Under the pieces are notes generated by a model. That model was not told the DNA's origin and searched no databases. It worked only from the letters and a program-made list of their open reading frames with translations. Below are positions 55,819 to 64,000 of a stretch of DNA of 64,000 nucleotides, one piece after another (the stretch's first letter is position 1; every line of letters starts with the position of its first letter). This DNA is from Alphaproteobacteria bacterium (GTDB taxonomy: Bacteria; Pseudomonadota; Alphaproteobacteria; JAAXGF01), in NCBI GenBank assembly GCA_963555825.3, contig CAUVXB020000002.1, positions 416,001 to 480,000 on the forward strand, written 5' to 3'. A program made the translations under genes and the position numbers.

Positions 55819-57045
55819 TCATACGCCCGCGTACATGCGGCCGGGGTTGAGGATGCGGCGCGGATCGAAGCCGCCTTTAACGCGCCGCGTAAGGTCGGCG
55901 AGCGCGGCTTCCTGGGGCTGGAATACGGGGATTGCACCGCGCAGGCCGGCGTCGGCGCGCACCAGCGTCGCGTGGCCGCCGCAATCGGCGATGGCATCGC
56001 GCACCGCCGCCGCGCCGGCGTCGTCAGACGCCGGCAGGCTCAACCACACCAAGCCGCCGCCCCAGTCGTAATAGGCGGTCGCGTCGGTTGCCGCGGCGAT
56101 GCGCGCAACGACCGCGGCGCCTTCGCTCGGCGGCACCGAGAGCCGCCAGACGACGCGATCGTCATCGCCGGTAAGCGGCGCGGCGTCGCGCAGCTCGCGC
56201 CACAGCACGCCCGAGTTCATGCCGTGCAGCTCCTCGACGGCAGCGCCGTCGGCGCCCAGCAACTCGCGCAGCGCCTGGCAGCGGTGTTCGGTCGAGGCCG
56301 CCGGGCCCTCGACGCGCACCGCGGTAACCGCGGCGCCGGCGTCGGCGACGTAACCGACCGCCGATTTCGCCGCGAGCCGCGTGGGCAGATGCGCAGCCGA
56401 CGCCACCTCGTGCGGGCTGGCGAGCGCCGCACGCATCGCGTCGCCCGCCGCGGCGTCGTCGAGGCCGAAGACCAACACGGTGCGCGTCTTCTCGGGCGCC
56501 GGCAGCACCTTGAAGGTCAGCTCGGTCATCACCGCGAGCGTGCCCCAGGAGCCGGCGAACAGCTTGCACAGGTCGTAGCCGGTGACGTTCTTGACGACCC
56601 GGCCGCCGGCCTTGATCGCCTCGCCGCGCCCGGTCACCGCCTCGACGCCGAGGAAATGGTCGCGCGCGGCGCCGGCCTTGACGCGCCGCGGGCCCGAGAG
56701 GTTGCAGGCGAAGACGCCGCCGATCGTGCCGCGGCCCGCGTCGCCGCCCATCAGCGGGCCGAGGTCGGGCGGCTCGAAGGCGAGCTGCTGGTCGTGCTCG
56801 GCGAGCAGCGCCTCGATCTCGGCCAGCGGCGTGCCGGTCCGGGCGCTCATGACCAGTTCGGCGGGTTCGTAGAGCGTCACCCCGGCGAGACCCGAGACGT
56901 CGAGCAGATGGGCCGCCTGGACCGGCCGGCCGAGCCCGCGCTTGGAGCCCGCGCCGACGATCTCGAGCGGCGTTTCTTCTGCCACCGCCCATTCGACCGC
57001 CTCGCGCGCCTGATCGGCATCGGCCGGCGTGAGCACGTCGGCCAT
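55819..57045 (-). CDS. glcE: Glycolate oxidase FAD-binding subunit
   Basis: YEPAELV, TIGG, GAARDH.LG, GGRVVKNVTGYDL.KL, DWGGGLVW, FDP..ILNPGR. Confidence 0.93.
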   Translation of the reverse strand: MADVLTPADADQAREAVEWAVAEETPLEIVGAGSKRGLGRPVQAAHLLDVSGLAGVTLYEPAELVMSARTGTPLAEIEALLAEHDQQLAFEPPDLGPLMGGDAGRGTIGGVFACNLSGPRRVKAGAARDHFLGVEAVTGRGEAIKAGGRVVKNVTGYDLCKLFAGSWGTLAVMTELTFKVLPAPEKTRTVLVFGLDDAAAGDAMRAALASPHEVASAAHLPTRLAAKSAVGYVADAGAAVTAVRVEGPAASTEHRCQALRELLGADGAAVEELHGMNSGVLWRELRDAAPLTGDDDRVVWRLSVPPSEGAAVVARIAAATDATAYYDWGGGLVWLSLPASDDAGAAAVRDAIADCGGHATLVRADAGLRGAIPVFQPQEAALADLTRRVKGGFDPRRILNPGRMYAGV

Positions 57046-57060
57046 GCCGGTCACCGGGAC

Positions 57061-57090
57061 GTAGGGGCGGGTTTGAAACCCGCCCCTACA
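57061..57090. repeat. GTAG-type REP palindrome
   Basis: GTAGGGGCGGGTTTGAAACCCGCCCCTAC between glcD and glcE. Confidence 0.75.
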
Positions 57091-57126
57091 GTGTCGCGCA
57101 CGTAGAAAATTGACGACGCCATCGCC

Positions 57127-58614
57127 TCAAAACCGGGGCAGGTCGGCGAACGCCACCTTGCCCTTGTGCACGTGCATGCGGCCAAGTTCGGCGCAGCGGT
57201 GCAGCGTCGGGAACACCTTGCCGGGGTTGAGGTAGCCGTCCGGGTCGAAGGCGCATTTGAGGCGCTGCTGCTGATCGAGGTCGGCCTTGGAGAACATCGT
57301 CCCCATCAGGTCGCGCTTCTCGACGCCGACGCCGTGCTCGCCGGTCAACACGCCGCCGACGGCGACGCAGAGCTTGAGGATATCGGCGCCGAATGCCTCG
57401 GTCTTCTCGAGCTCGCCCGGGTTGTTGGCGTCGTAGAGGATCAGCGGGTGCAGGTTGCCGTCGCCGGCGTGGAATACGTTGGCCACCGCGAGGCCGTATG
57501 TCTCGCTGAGCTCACTGATGCGTTTGAGCACCTCGGGCAGGCGGCCGCGCGGAATCGTGCCGTCCATGCAGTAGTAATCGGGCGAGATGCGCCCGATCGC
57601 CGGGAACGCCGCCTTGCGTCCGGCCCAGAAGCTCTCGCGTTCGGCCTCGGATTGGCTGACGCGCAGCGTCGTCGCGCCGCAATCCTCGGCGATGCCCCGG
57701 ACCCGGCCGATCAGCTCGTCGACCTCGACTTGCGGTCCGTCGAGTTCGACGATCAACAGCGCCTCGACGTCGAGCGGGTAGCCGGCGTGGCAGAACGCCT
57801 CGGCCGCCTCGACCGCCGCGCGGTCCATGATCTCCATACCGCCCGGGATGATGCCGCCGGCGATCACCCGGCCGACGCAGTCGCCCGCCGCCTCGATCGA
57901 CGGGAAGCCGATGAGCAGCGCGCGCGCCGTCGCGGGCTTCTTGAGGATGCGCACAGTGATCTCGGTGATGACGCCCAGCAGCCCCTCCGAGCCCGCCGTG
58001 ACGCCCAACAGATCATAGCCTTCCGCATCGAGATGCTTGCCGCCGAGACGCACGACCTCGCCGCTCATCAGCACCATCTCGACGCCCAGCACGTTGTTGG
58101 TGGTGACGCCGTACTTCAGGCAATGCACGCCGCCCGAGTTCTCGGCGACGTTGCCGCCGATGGTGCAGGCGATCTGGCTCGACGGGTCGGGCGCGTAGTA
58201 GAATCCGGCGTGCGCCACCGCCTCGCTGATCGCCTGGTTGGTGACGCCCGCCTGGGCGACGACGCAGCGGTTCTCGTAGTCGATGTCGAGGATGCGCTTG
58301 AACTTGCCGAGGCCCAGGGTGACGCCGTCGGCGAGCGGCAGCGCGCCGCCCGAGAGCCCGGTGCCGGCGCCGCGCGGCACGACCTTGACGGCGCGCTCGT
58401 GGCACATCCGAAGAATTTGCGCCACCTGCTCGGTAGTCTCGGGCAGCACGACGATCATCGGCAGCTGGCGGTAGGCGGTCAGCCCGTCGCATTCGTAGAC
58501 GCGCAGGGCGTCGGCGTCGGCGATCACCGACTCGGCGGGCAGCAAGCCGCGCAACGCCTCGACGAGCTCGCCGCGCCGCGCCAGCACCTCGCTGTCCGGT
58601 TTGGGCATCTGCAT
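57127..58614 (-). CDS. glcD: Glycolate oxidase subunit GlcD
   Basis: PRGAGTGLSGGA, PDPSS..ACTIGGN..ENSGG.HCLKYG, HAGDGNLHP, TGEHGVG.EK, LNPGK. Confidence 0.95.
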   Translation of the reverse strand: MQMPKPDSEVLARRGELVEALRGLLPAESVIADADALRVYECDGLTAYRQLPMIVVLPETTEQVAQILRMCHERAVKVVPRGAGTGLSGGALPLADGVTLGLGKFKRILDIDYENRCVVAQAGVTNQAISEAVAHAGFYYAPDPSSQIACTIGGNVAENSGGVHCLKYGVTTNNVLGVEMVLMSGEVVRLGGKHLDAEGYDLLGVTAGSEGLLGVITEITVRILKKPATARALLIGFPSIEAAGDCVGRVIAGGIIPGGMEIMDRAAVEAAEAFCHAGYPLDVEALLIVELDGPQVEVDELIGRVRGIAEDCGATTLRVSQSEAERESFWAGRKAAFPAIGRISPDYYCMDGTIPRGRLPEVLKRISELSETYGLAVANVFHAGDGNLHPLILYDANNPGELEKTEAFGADILKLCVAVGGVLTGEHGVGVEKRDLMGTMFSKADLDQQQRLKCAFDPDGYLNPGKVFPTLHRCAELGRMHVHKGKVAFADLPRF

Positions 58615-58662
58615 CAGCGGGCCCCTTTCAGCGCCGCATAGTGCGGCACGCCCCAAGCCGCG

Positions 58663-59097
58663 TCAACGCGGCGGCGTCGGCACAATATCGGGACGATCGA
58701 CGCGCGCGCGCGGCAGGACGTCGCGCAGGTCGCACCAGGGCATCTTACTCTCGGCGCAGAGATGCCATCGGGGCGCCAGGTCCTCGGGCCGATCGAGGCT
58801 GCCGAAGTAGACCCAGAGCGTCGCCTCGCCGTCGTAGCGGCCGAACAGCGAACAGCCGCAGCCGTCGCAGAAGCCGCGCTCCATGACGTTGGACGAGCGG
58901 TACCATTTGGGTTCACCGCGGCGCAGCACCAGCGCCGCGCGCGGCCATTCGCCCGAGACGCTGAAGATCGAGCCTTGCGACTTCTGGCACATGCGGCAGT
59001 GGCAATAGCCGACGTCGCGCGGCGGCTCGGTCAGCTGGTAGACGATGGCGCCGCATTGGCAGGCGCCGGTGATCGGTAGGTCCTGATCGCCCATCAC
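58663..59097 (-). CDS. GFA (glutathione-dependent formaldehyde-activating/CENP-V) family protein
   Basis: GACQCGA, CHCRMCQK, RGFCDGCG. Confidence 0.88.
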   Translation of the reverse strand: MMGDQDLPITGACQCGAIVYQLTEPPRDVGYCHCRMCQKSQGSIFSVSGEWPRAALVLRRGEPKWYRSSNVMERGFCDGCGCSLFGRYDGEATLWVYFGSLDRPEDLAPRWHLCAESKMPWCDLRDVLPRARVDRPDIVPTPPR

Positions 59098-59111
59098 ATT
59101 CCCCTCGTCAA

Positions 59112-59270
59112 TTTTCCGGTCACCTTCGGTGACCTGCGCTCAATCGCCGCGCATGCCAACCTTATGGGATAAAGACCGGCCGAACGGTCGGCGGCCCCCT
59201 CTCTTGTCCCAATAAGACTGGCGCGGGCTGACAAAATCCTGTCGATCGCCAACGGTCGCGCATGCTCGCG
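59112..59270 (-). repeat. Structured intergenic MITE/RIME-like repeat, copy C
   Basis: + strand GGTCACCTTCGGTGACCTGCGCTCAATCGCCGCGCATGCCAACCTTATGGGA...GGCCGAACGGTCGGCGGCC...TCCCAATAAGACTGGCGCGGGCTG; termini degenerate. Confidence 0.88.
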
Positions 59271-59359
59271 CAAATGCGGCGACGACGCAATTCGCGGCGT
59301 GGCAGTGCGATGTCGATGATCGGGGGGTCGCCGCCGGGCGGACGCGGCGACGCGCGGTG

Positions 59360-59485
59360 TCAGCCCTGGCGCGCCTTGAAGCGGGGGTTGCGCTTGTTGA
59401 TCAGGTAGACGCGGCCCTTGCGGCGCACGATGCGGCAATCGCGATGGCGCTTCTTGGCCGACTTGAATGAGTTCAGAACCTTCAT
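59360..59485 (-). CDS. rpmJ: 50S ribosomal protein L36 (Zn-independent type, 41 aa)
   Basis: [41 protein letters not shown]. Confidence 0.95.
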   Translation of the reverse strand: MKVLNSFKSAKKRHRDCRIVRRKGRVYLINKRNPRFKARQG

Positions 59486-59592
59486 GGCCCGATCGATCCG
59501 AATTGGCTGTCTGCTGGAGGCGCGCACCCTACGCACGGCGGGCTGCCCTGTCAACGGCGGAAATGGCGGATTTTGGGGTATGGTGGGGTTGT

Positions 59593-59774
59593 TTTTTTGT
59601 GCGGTCACCTTTTTGTGCGGTCACCTGAAGGTGACCTGCGCTCAATCGCCGCGCATGCCAATCTTATGGGATCAAGACCGGCCGAACGGTCGGCGGCCTG
59701 CCTCTCTCTTGTTCCAATAGGATTGGCGCAGGCTGGAAGATACTCATCGACCCAGTCGATCCAATTGTGCCCTA
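59593..59774 (-). repeat. Structured intergenic MITE/RIME-like repeat, copy D
   Basis: Starts at the TAG stop of the hydrolase (CTAGGGCACAATTGGATCGACTGG); same core; tandem TTTTTGTGCGGTCACC x2 at the other end. Confidence 0.88.
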
Positions 59775-60659
59775 GCCGAAGAAGTCGAGCATTTCGGCGA
59801 GCGTCGCTTCGGGCGCCTCCTCGGCAAGGTAGTGGCCGCAGGCGAGCGCGCGGCCCGAGACCGGGCCGTCGGCGACCTCGCGCCAGGTCGCGAGCACGTC
59901 GTAGGTGCGGTGCACCAGCCCGGCGTCGCCCCACAGCGCCAAGAGCGGGCAGGCGATGCGGCGCCCGGCCTCGCGGTCGGCGCGGTCGTCGACCAGATCG
60001 ACGGTCGCGGCGGCGCGGTAGTCCTCGCAGGTCGCGTGGATCACCGCCGGGTCGGTGAAACAGCGTTCGTACTCGGCGAGGCACGCGGGGTCGGCGACCG
60101 CCTCGATACCGTGCGGGCCGGCCGCCGCGCCCCGGCCGCGCAGGTAAAACGACGGGTCGGCGCCGATCAGCGTCTCGGGAAACGGCTCGGGCTGGACCAG
60201 GAAGAACCAGTGGAAGTAACCGAGCGCGAAGGCCATGTCGGTGCGCTCGTACATGGTCAGCGTCGGCGCGATGTCGAGCACCGCGGCGCGCGTCACACGC
60301 GCGGCGTGATCGAGGCACATCCGATGCGTCACCCGCCCGCCCCGGTCGTGCCCGGCGACGGCGAAACACTCGAACCCCAGCCCGGCCATCAGCGCCACCT
60401 GGTCGCCCGCCATGGCCCGGAAGCTGTACGCCTCGTGCCGGGCGTCGCTCGCCGGTTTCGCGCTGTCGCCATAGCCGCGAAGATCGCTCATCACCACGGT
60501 AAACCGCTCGGCGAGCGCCGGCGCGATCTTGGCCCACATGACATGGGTCTGTGGGTAGCCGTGCAGCAGCAACAACGGCGACCCCGCCCCGCCAATGCGA
60601 TAGGCGATCTCGACCCCGGTCGCGACCGTCTGCTTGCGGAACTCGAAGCCGTCGAGCAT
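59772..60659 (-). CDS. Alpha/beta hydrolase, fluoroacetate/haloacetate dehalogenase-like
   Basis: HGYPQ, GHDRGGRV (Asp nucleophile plus two Arg), YFHWFF, CEDYRA, CGHYLAEE. Confidence 0.85.
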   Translation of the reverse strand: MLDGFEFRKQTVATGVEIAYRIGGAGSPLLLLHGYPQTHVMWAKIAPALAERFTVVMSDLRGYGDSAKPASDARHEAYSFRAMAGDQVALMAGLGFECFAVAGHDRGGRVTHRMCLDHAARVTRAAVLDIAPTLTMYERTDMAFALGYFHWFFLVQPEPFPETLIGADPSFYLRGRGAAAGPHGIEAVADPACLAEYERCFTDPAVIHATCEDYRAAATVDLVDDRADREAGRRIACPLLALWGDAGLVHRTYDVLATWREVADGPVSGRALACGHYLAEEAPEATLAEMLDFFG

Positions 60660-60690
60660 GGCGCGTCTCCCCCCTCGGCTGTGCGTCCGG

Positions 60691-62936
60691 CTACGTGCCC
60701 TCGTCCGGTTCGTAGTCTCCGAACTTGATCTCCGCATCGGGCAGGGCCTCACGCAATGCGTCGACGTCCTCGCGACGCACCGGACAACCTGTAACGATCA
60801 CCCGCTTCAAATTCGTCAGCCCGTGCAGGGGCGCCAGATCATTGACCTGGGCGCCTTCGAGGTAGAGCCATTGCAGGCTTGTCAGCGCGGCCAGGGGTGC
60901 CAGGTCTTGGACCTGGGTGCCTTCGAGGTAGAGCATTTCCAGGCTTGTCAGCGCAGTCAGGGGCGCCAGGTCTTGGACCTGCGTGCCTGCGAGGGAGACC
61001 GTTTCCAGGTTTGTCAGCGCGGCCAGGGGCGCCGAGTCTTGGACCTGTGTGGCGTAGAGGTTGAGCTCTTTCAGTCTTGTCAGCCCGGCCAGAGGAGTCA
61101 GGTCTTGGACGAGTGTGGAGTGGAGGTTGAGCTCTTTCAGTCTTGTCAGCCCGGCCAGGGGCGTCAGGTCTTCGAGCTGTGTGCCGTGGAGGTAAAGCCC
61201 TTCCAGGCTTGTCAGCGCGGCCAAAGGCGCCAAGTCTCGCACCGGTGTTTTATTGAGGTCGAGCGACTTTAGGTTTTTCAGGTCGGCCAGGAGCGCCACG
61301 CCTTCGATGTCGCTGTCGGCGAGATCGATTTTCTCGACCTGCGGATAGTCTTCCCGCGTCACGTCTTCGACATCTATGTTCAGAGCCCGGGCGATCGCTT
61401 CCCGGATGATCTTCGCTTCGTCGGGAGCGCCGAGGTCCGCAATGACAACCGCCTCCTCTGGATACGGAATATGCATTAGCGCACCCAGGTTTCGATCCGC
61501 GAGCAGGTGGAGATATCGATGAAAGCTGGCCGTTTCGACGACTTCGCGGAATCGTTCCGGAACCCGGTCTAGGACCGCCTCGCGCTCCTGCTCCGCAGTC
61601 TCGTCGCGCTTGCCCACCGCCGCCTCGGCGTGCGCCTCGTCGCCACCGCGCGCTCTGCCTAGGGCGTCGATCTCGGATTGCGAAAGGCGAAGGAAGGGCT
61701 CTTCATCGGGGTCTCGCGCCACCGCCGCGGACCAGGCGCGGAAAAAGCCGTTCCCGTCTTCGAACCGATCAACGTCTCCATGCGGTAGGGTGGTGGGCCG
61801 AGGATACGGCGCAGCAGGAAATCCTGGACGCCTTGTTCCGGGGTCAGCGGCTCGACACCCGTCGCCGCGATAAGCTTGGAGCGGCGCACGCCCGTGGCGT
61901 AAATCAACACGGAGTTGACCAGTCGCTTGACCTCGCGCGGCGAGCGCTTCGCTAGGTCGATGATGACGGGCTCCAGCGCGTCTTCCCGGTGCTCCAGGCT
62001 TTTCCAGGTCTCGTTCCTGGCGACGATCCCGGCGAAGAACGTTTCGACCTCCCCCTCCGTGGGCGCGAGCGTAATTTCGACCTGGAACATCTTGGCCAGG
62101 TAGTCGCGCGCCTTTTCTTCGTCTACGCCCATCTCGCCGTACCGTTTGACGACGAGCTGATCGACGACGGTCTTATCGACGCCGACCACGAACATCAAAC
62201 GCTCGATGTTGAGGTAGAGCTTCAACGCCTCGAGCACTTGGAGCGCGACATCCGGCATGCAGCGGTCGAGGTCGTCGATGAAGACGACCAGGCGCTCCTT
62301 TTCCGCAAGCGAGCTCTCCACCCACGCGCCCATCACCTTTTCGAATTCGTTGAGATAGGCGGCCGCCGGGGACACCGTCTCTTCCAGGTCTTGCGCGATG
62401 TCCTTGAGCGCCGCCAAGTCTGCCTCGACGACGCCAACTGAAACCTTCGTGCTGGTAAGAACCTTGATGACGCTGCGGCCCAGGAAGCGGCCGAGGTCCT
62501 TGGCGTCGCGGGTAAACGACTCGAGGGTGTAATCCTCGTCCGACAGGCAGGCCAGGATTACCTCGGCGACCAGCCCGCGCCACACCTCCTCGCGCTCGTG
62601 GTATTTCCACGGATAGAACCAGGCGGTGCGCACGATGCGGACGTCTTCGTCGTTCTTCAGCTCCGTCTTGGCCCACTGGTTCCACTGGTCGAGCCGGCCC
62701 TCCAGCCAGCGCATCGCGGATGTTTTGCCGGTGCCCCAGTCGCCGTAGATGGCGGCCGCGAAGGGTGTCTCGGTCCCCGGATGACGCAGGATCTCGAAGA
62801 GCGGCCCGACCTGGCGCGCCAAGTCGAAGGTGTCGGCGTCCGGGTCGTCGGACGCGAGCGCCGAGTCAGGGACGATCGTGAGTGTAGGCGGTTGCGTGAC
62901 CCAATCGGGGATTTCGGGTTTGTCGTCGTTGGCCAT
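60691..62936 (-). pseudogene. KAP-family P-loop NTPase fused to leucine-rich repeats, split by a 1-bp frameshift at 61742-61746
   Basis: IYGDWGTGKTS, WFYPWKY, LVVFIDDLDRC, YLAKMFQV, SPREVKRLVN. Adding one base to the A5 run gives TGTAFFRAWSAAVARDPDEEP, leading into about eight 22-aa LRRs (LxxLxxLxxLxLxxTxVxDLxP). Confidence 0.8.
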
Positions 62937-63124
62937 GGCTTCGGCTCCCGCGTGGCGCGTCCAACCCATAATGCCATGGCCCGCGCCTAAGTTAAGCGAT
63001 TACTCGAAACTTCAACCACGTGGCCGTCCCGATTGGCGACGTCGCGGTCTCCGCCGGTTTGCCGAGCGAACACTGCCCGCCAGGATCACCCGGCGATCGA
63101 ATGAAAGATCATGCAAATTTAATA

Positions 63125-63149
63125 GTTGCGAATGATTGTCAATCGCAAT
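63125..63149. promoter_or_regulatory. Putative Fur-like iron-responsive operator
   Basis: GTTGCGAATGATTGTCAATCGCAAT, an AT-rich imperfect palindrome upstream of the Fe3+ binding protein gene. Confidence 0.55.
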
Positions 63150-63335
63150 ACAGAGGAAGCAACGCCTGTCGAACCGCGTCGCGATCCACGCGGTTTGATC
63201 CATGTCTTGGCGCGGCGCAGCGCGCGGGTCAGATATGCCGTCTTGGCGGTTGACCGGCGGGCGCGACCGGGGCGACTGTCGTGGCGCGGCGCGGCCAAGG
63301 GGGCCGTGTCGCCGTGTTTAGGGAGTGAAGCGTCG

Positions 63336-64000
63336 ATGAAATCAGTGTCTTCGGCCTTGGGGCTCGCCGCCCTCGCCTGTCTGTTGGCCGCCGCGCCGGC
63401 CGTCCGGGCCGCCGAGGTCAACGTCTATTCGGCGCGCCAGGAGGTGCTGATCAAGCCGCTCTTGGAGGCCTTCGAGGCGGCCACCGGGATCACCGTCAAC
63501 GTGGTCTCGGGCAAGGCCGACGCGCTGCTCACGCGGCTCGAGCGCGAGGGCGTCAACAGCCCGGCCGACCTGCTGCTCACGACCGACGCCGGCCGGCTGG
63601 TGCGCGCCCGCCAGGCGGGGCTTTTGCAGCCGGTGACCTCGGCGCTGCTCGAGGCCAACATCCCGCCGCAATACCGCGAGACCGAGGGCCACTGGTTCGG
63701 CCTCTCGGTGCGCGCGCGGACGATTATCTATGCCCGCGACCGGGTCACGGCCGACCAGCTATCGACCTACGAGGCGCTCGCCGGGACCGAGTGGCGGGGC
63801 CGCGTTTGCGTGCGCTCGTCGAACAGCGTCTACAACCAATCGATGCTGGCGGCGATGATCGCGCATTCCGGCATCGCGGCGACCGAGACCTGGGCCGCCG
63901 GGCTGGTCGCCAACTTCGCGCGCAAGCCCCAAGGCGGCGACCGCGACCAGATCCGCGCCGTCGCCGCCGGCGCCTGCGACGTCGCCATCGCCAACACCTA
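63336..64000 (+). CDS. Fe(III) ABC transporter substrate-binding protein (FutA/AfuA-like), runs off window
   Basis: Not in ORF track. Manual translation MKSVSSALGLAALACLLAAAPAVRAAEVNVYSARQE...EGVNSPADLLLTTDAGRL...WFGLSVRAR...CVRSSNSVYNQS...GGDRDQIRAVAAGACDVAIANT; RBS GGGAG. Confidence 0.9.
   Translation, partial: MKSVSSALGLAALACLLAAAPAVRAAEVNVYSARQEVLIKPLLEAFEAATGITVNVVSGKADALLTRLEREGVNSPADLLLTTDAGRLVRARQAGLLQPVTSALLEANIPPQYRETEGHWFGLSVRARTIIYARDRVTADQLSTYEALAGTEWRGRVCVRSSNSVYNQSMLAAMIAHSGIAATETWAAGLVANFARKPQGGDRDQIRAVAAGACDVAIANT

Noticed and set aside
59112-59270. Structured repeat as a tRNA, known riboswitch or group II intron end
   Set aside because: No T-loop, anticodon arm or CCA, no domain V motif, and no aptamer consensus I recognise; it is multi-copy before unrelated genes.
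59360-59485. Zn-independent L36 as a zinc-starvation paralog
   Set aside because: This form is usual in alphaproteobacteria, and no Zur box was recognised.

Overview
High-GC chromosomal window, most likely from an alphaproteobacterium (inferred from gene content and order: pepF, ABC1 kinase, fused indolepyruvate oxidoreductase, glcDEF, glycerate kinase-pyk, Zn-independent rpmJ). About 20 kb (roughly 30%) is insertion sequence: about 15 copies from the IS630, IS1595, ISKra4-like, IS21, IS256, IS1182-like, IS3/IS481-like and IS30 families, including two nested stacks whose target duplications can be read. Main observations: (1) The 3' end of the ABC1/UbiB kinase gene occurs three times as diverged but in-frame alleles, with co-oriented cargo genes between them. 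One cargo is a TIR/NDT-like + HEPN-like pair, later scrambled by an IS1595-bounded inversion. This looks like a cassette array anchored on a housekeeping gene end, with no integrase in view. (2) Four copies of a ~160-180 bp structured intergenic MITE/RIME-like element show compensatory stem changes; two begin at the upstream stop codon. (3) A KAP NTPase-LRR (NLR-like) fusion is split by a 1-bp homopolymer frameshift. (4) Paired 28-29 bp palindromic sites bound an accessory island, and one is hit by IS30. (5) One IS has a 14-bp direct repeat. Two regions (about 1.1-2.3 kb and 20.4-21.2 kb) look like assembly noise. All calls come from motif recognition by eye; no database searches were run.
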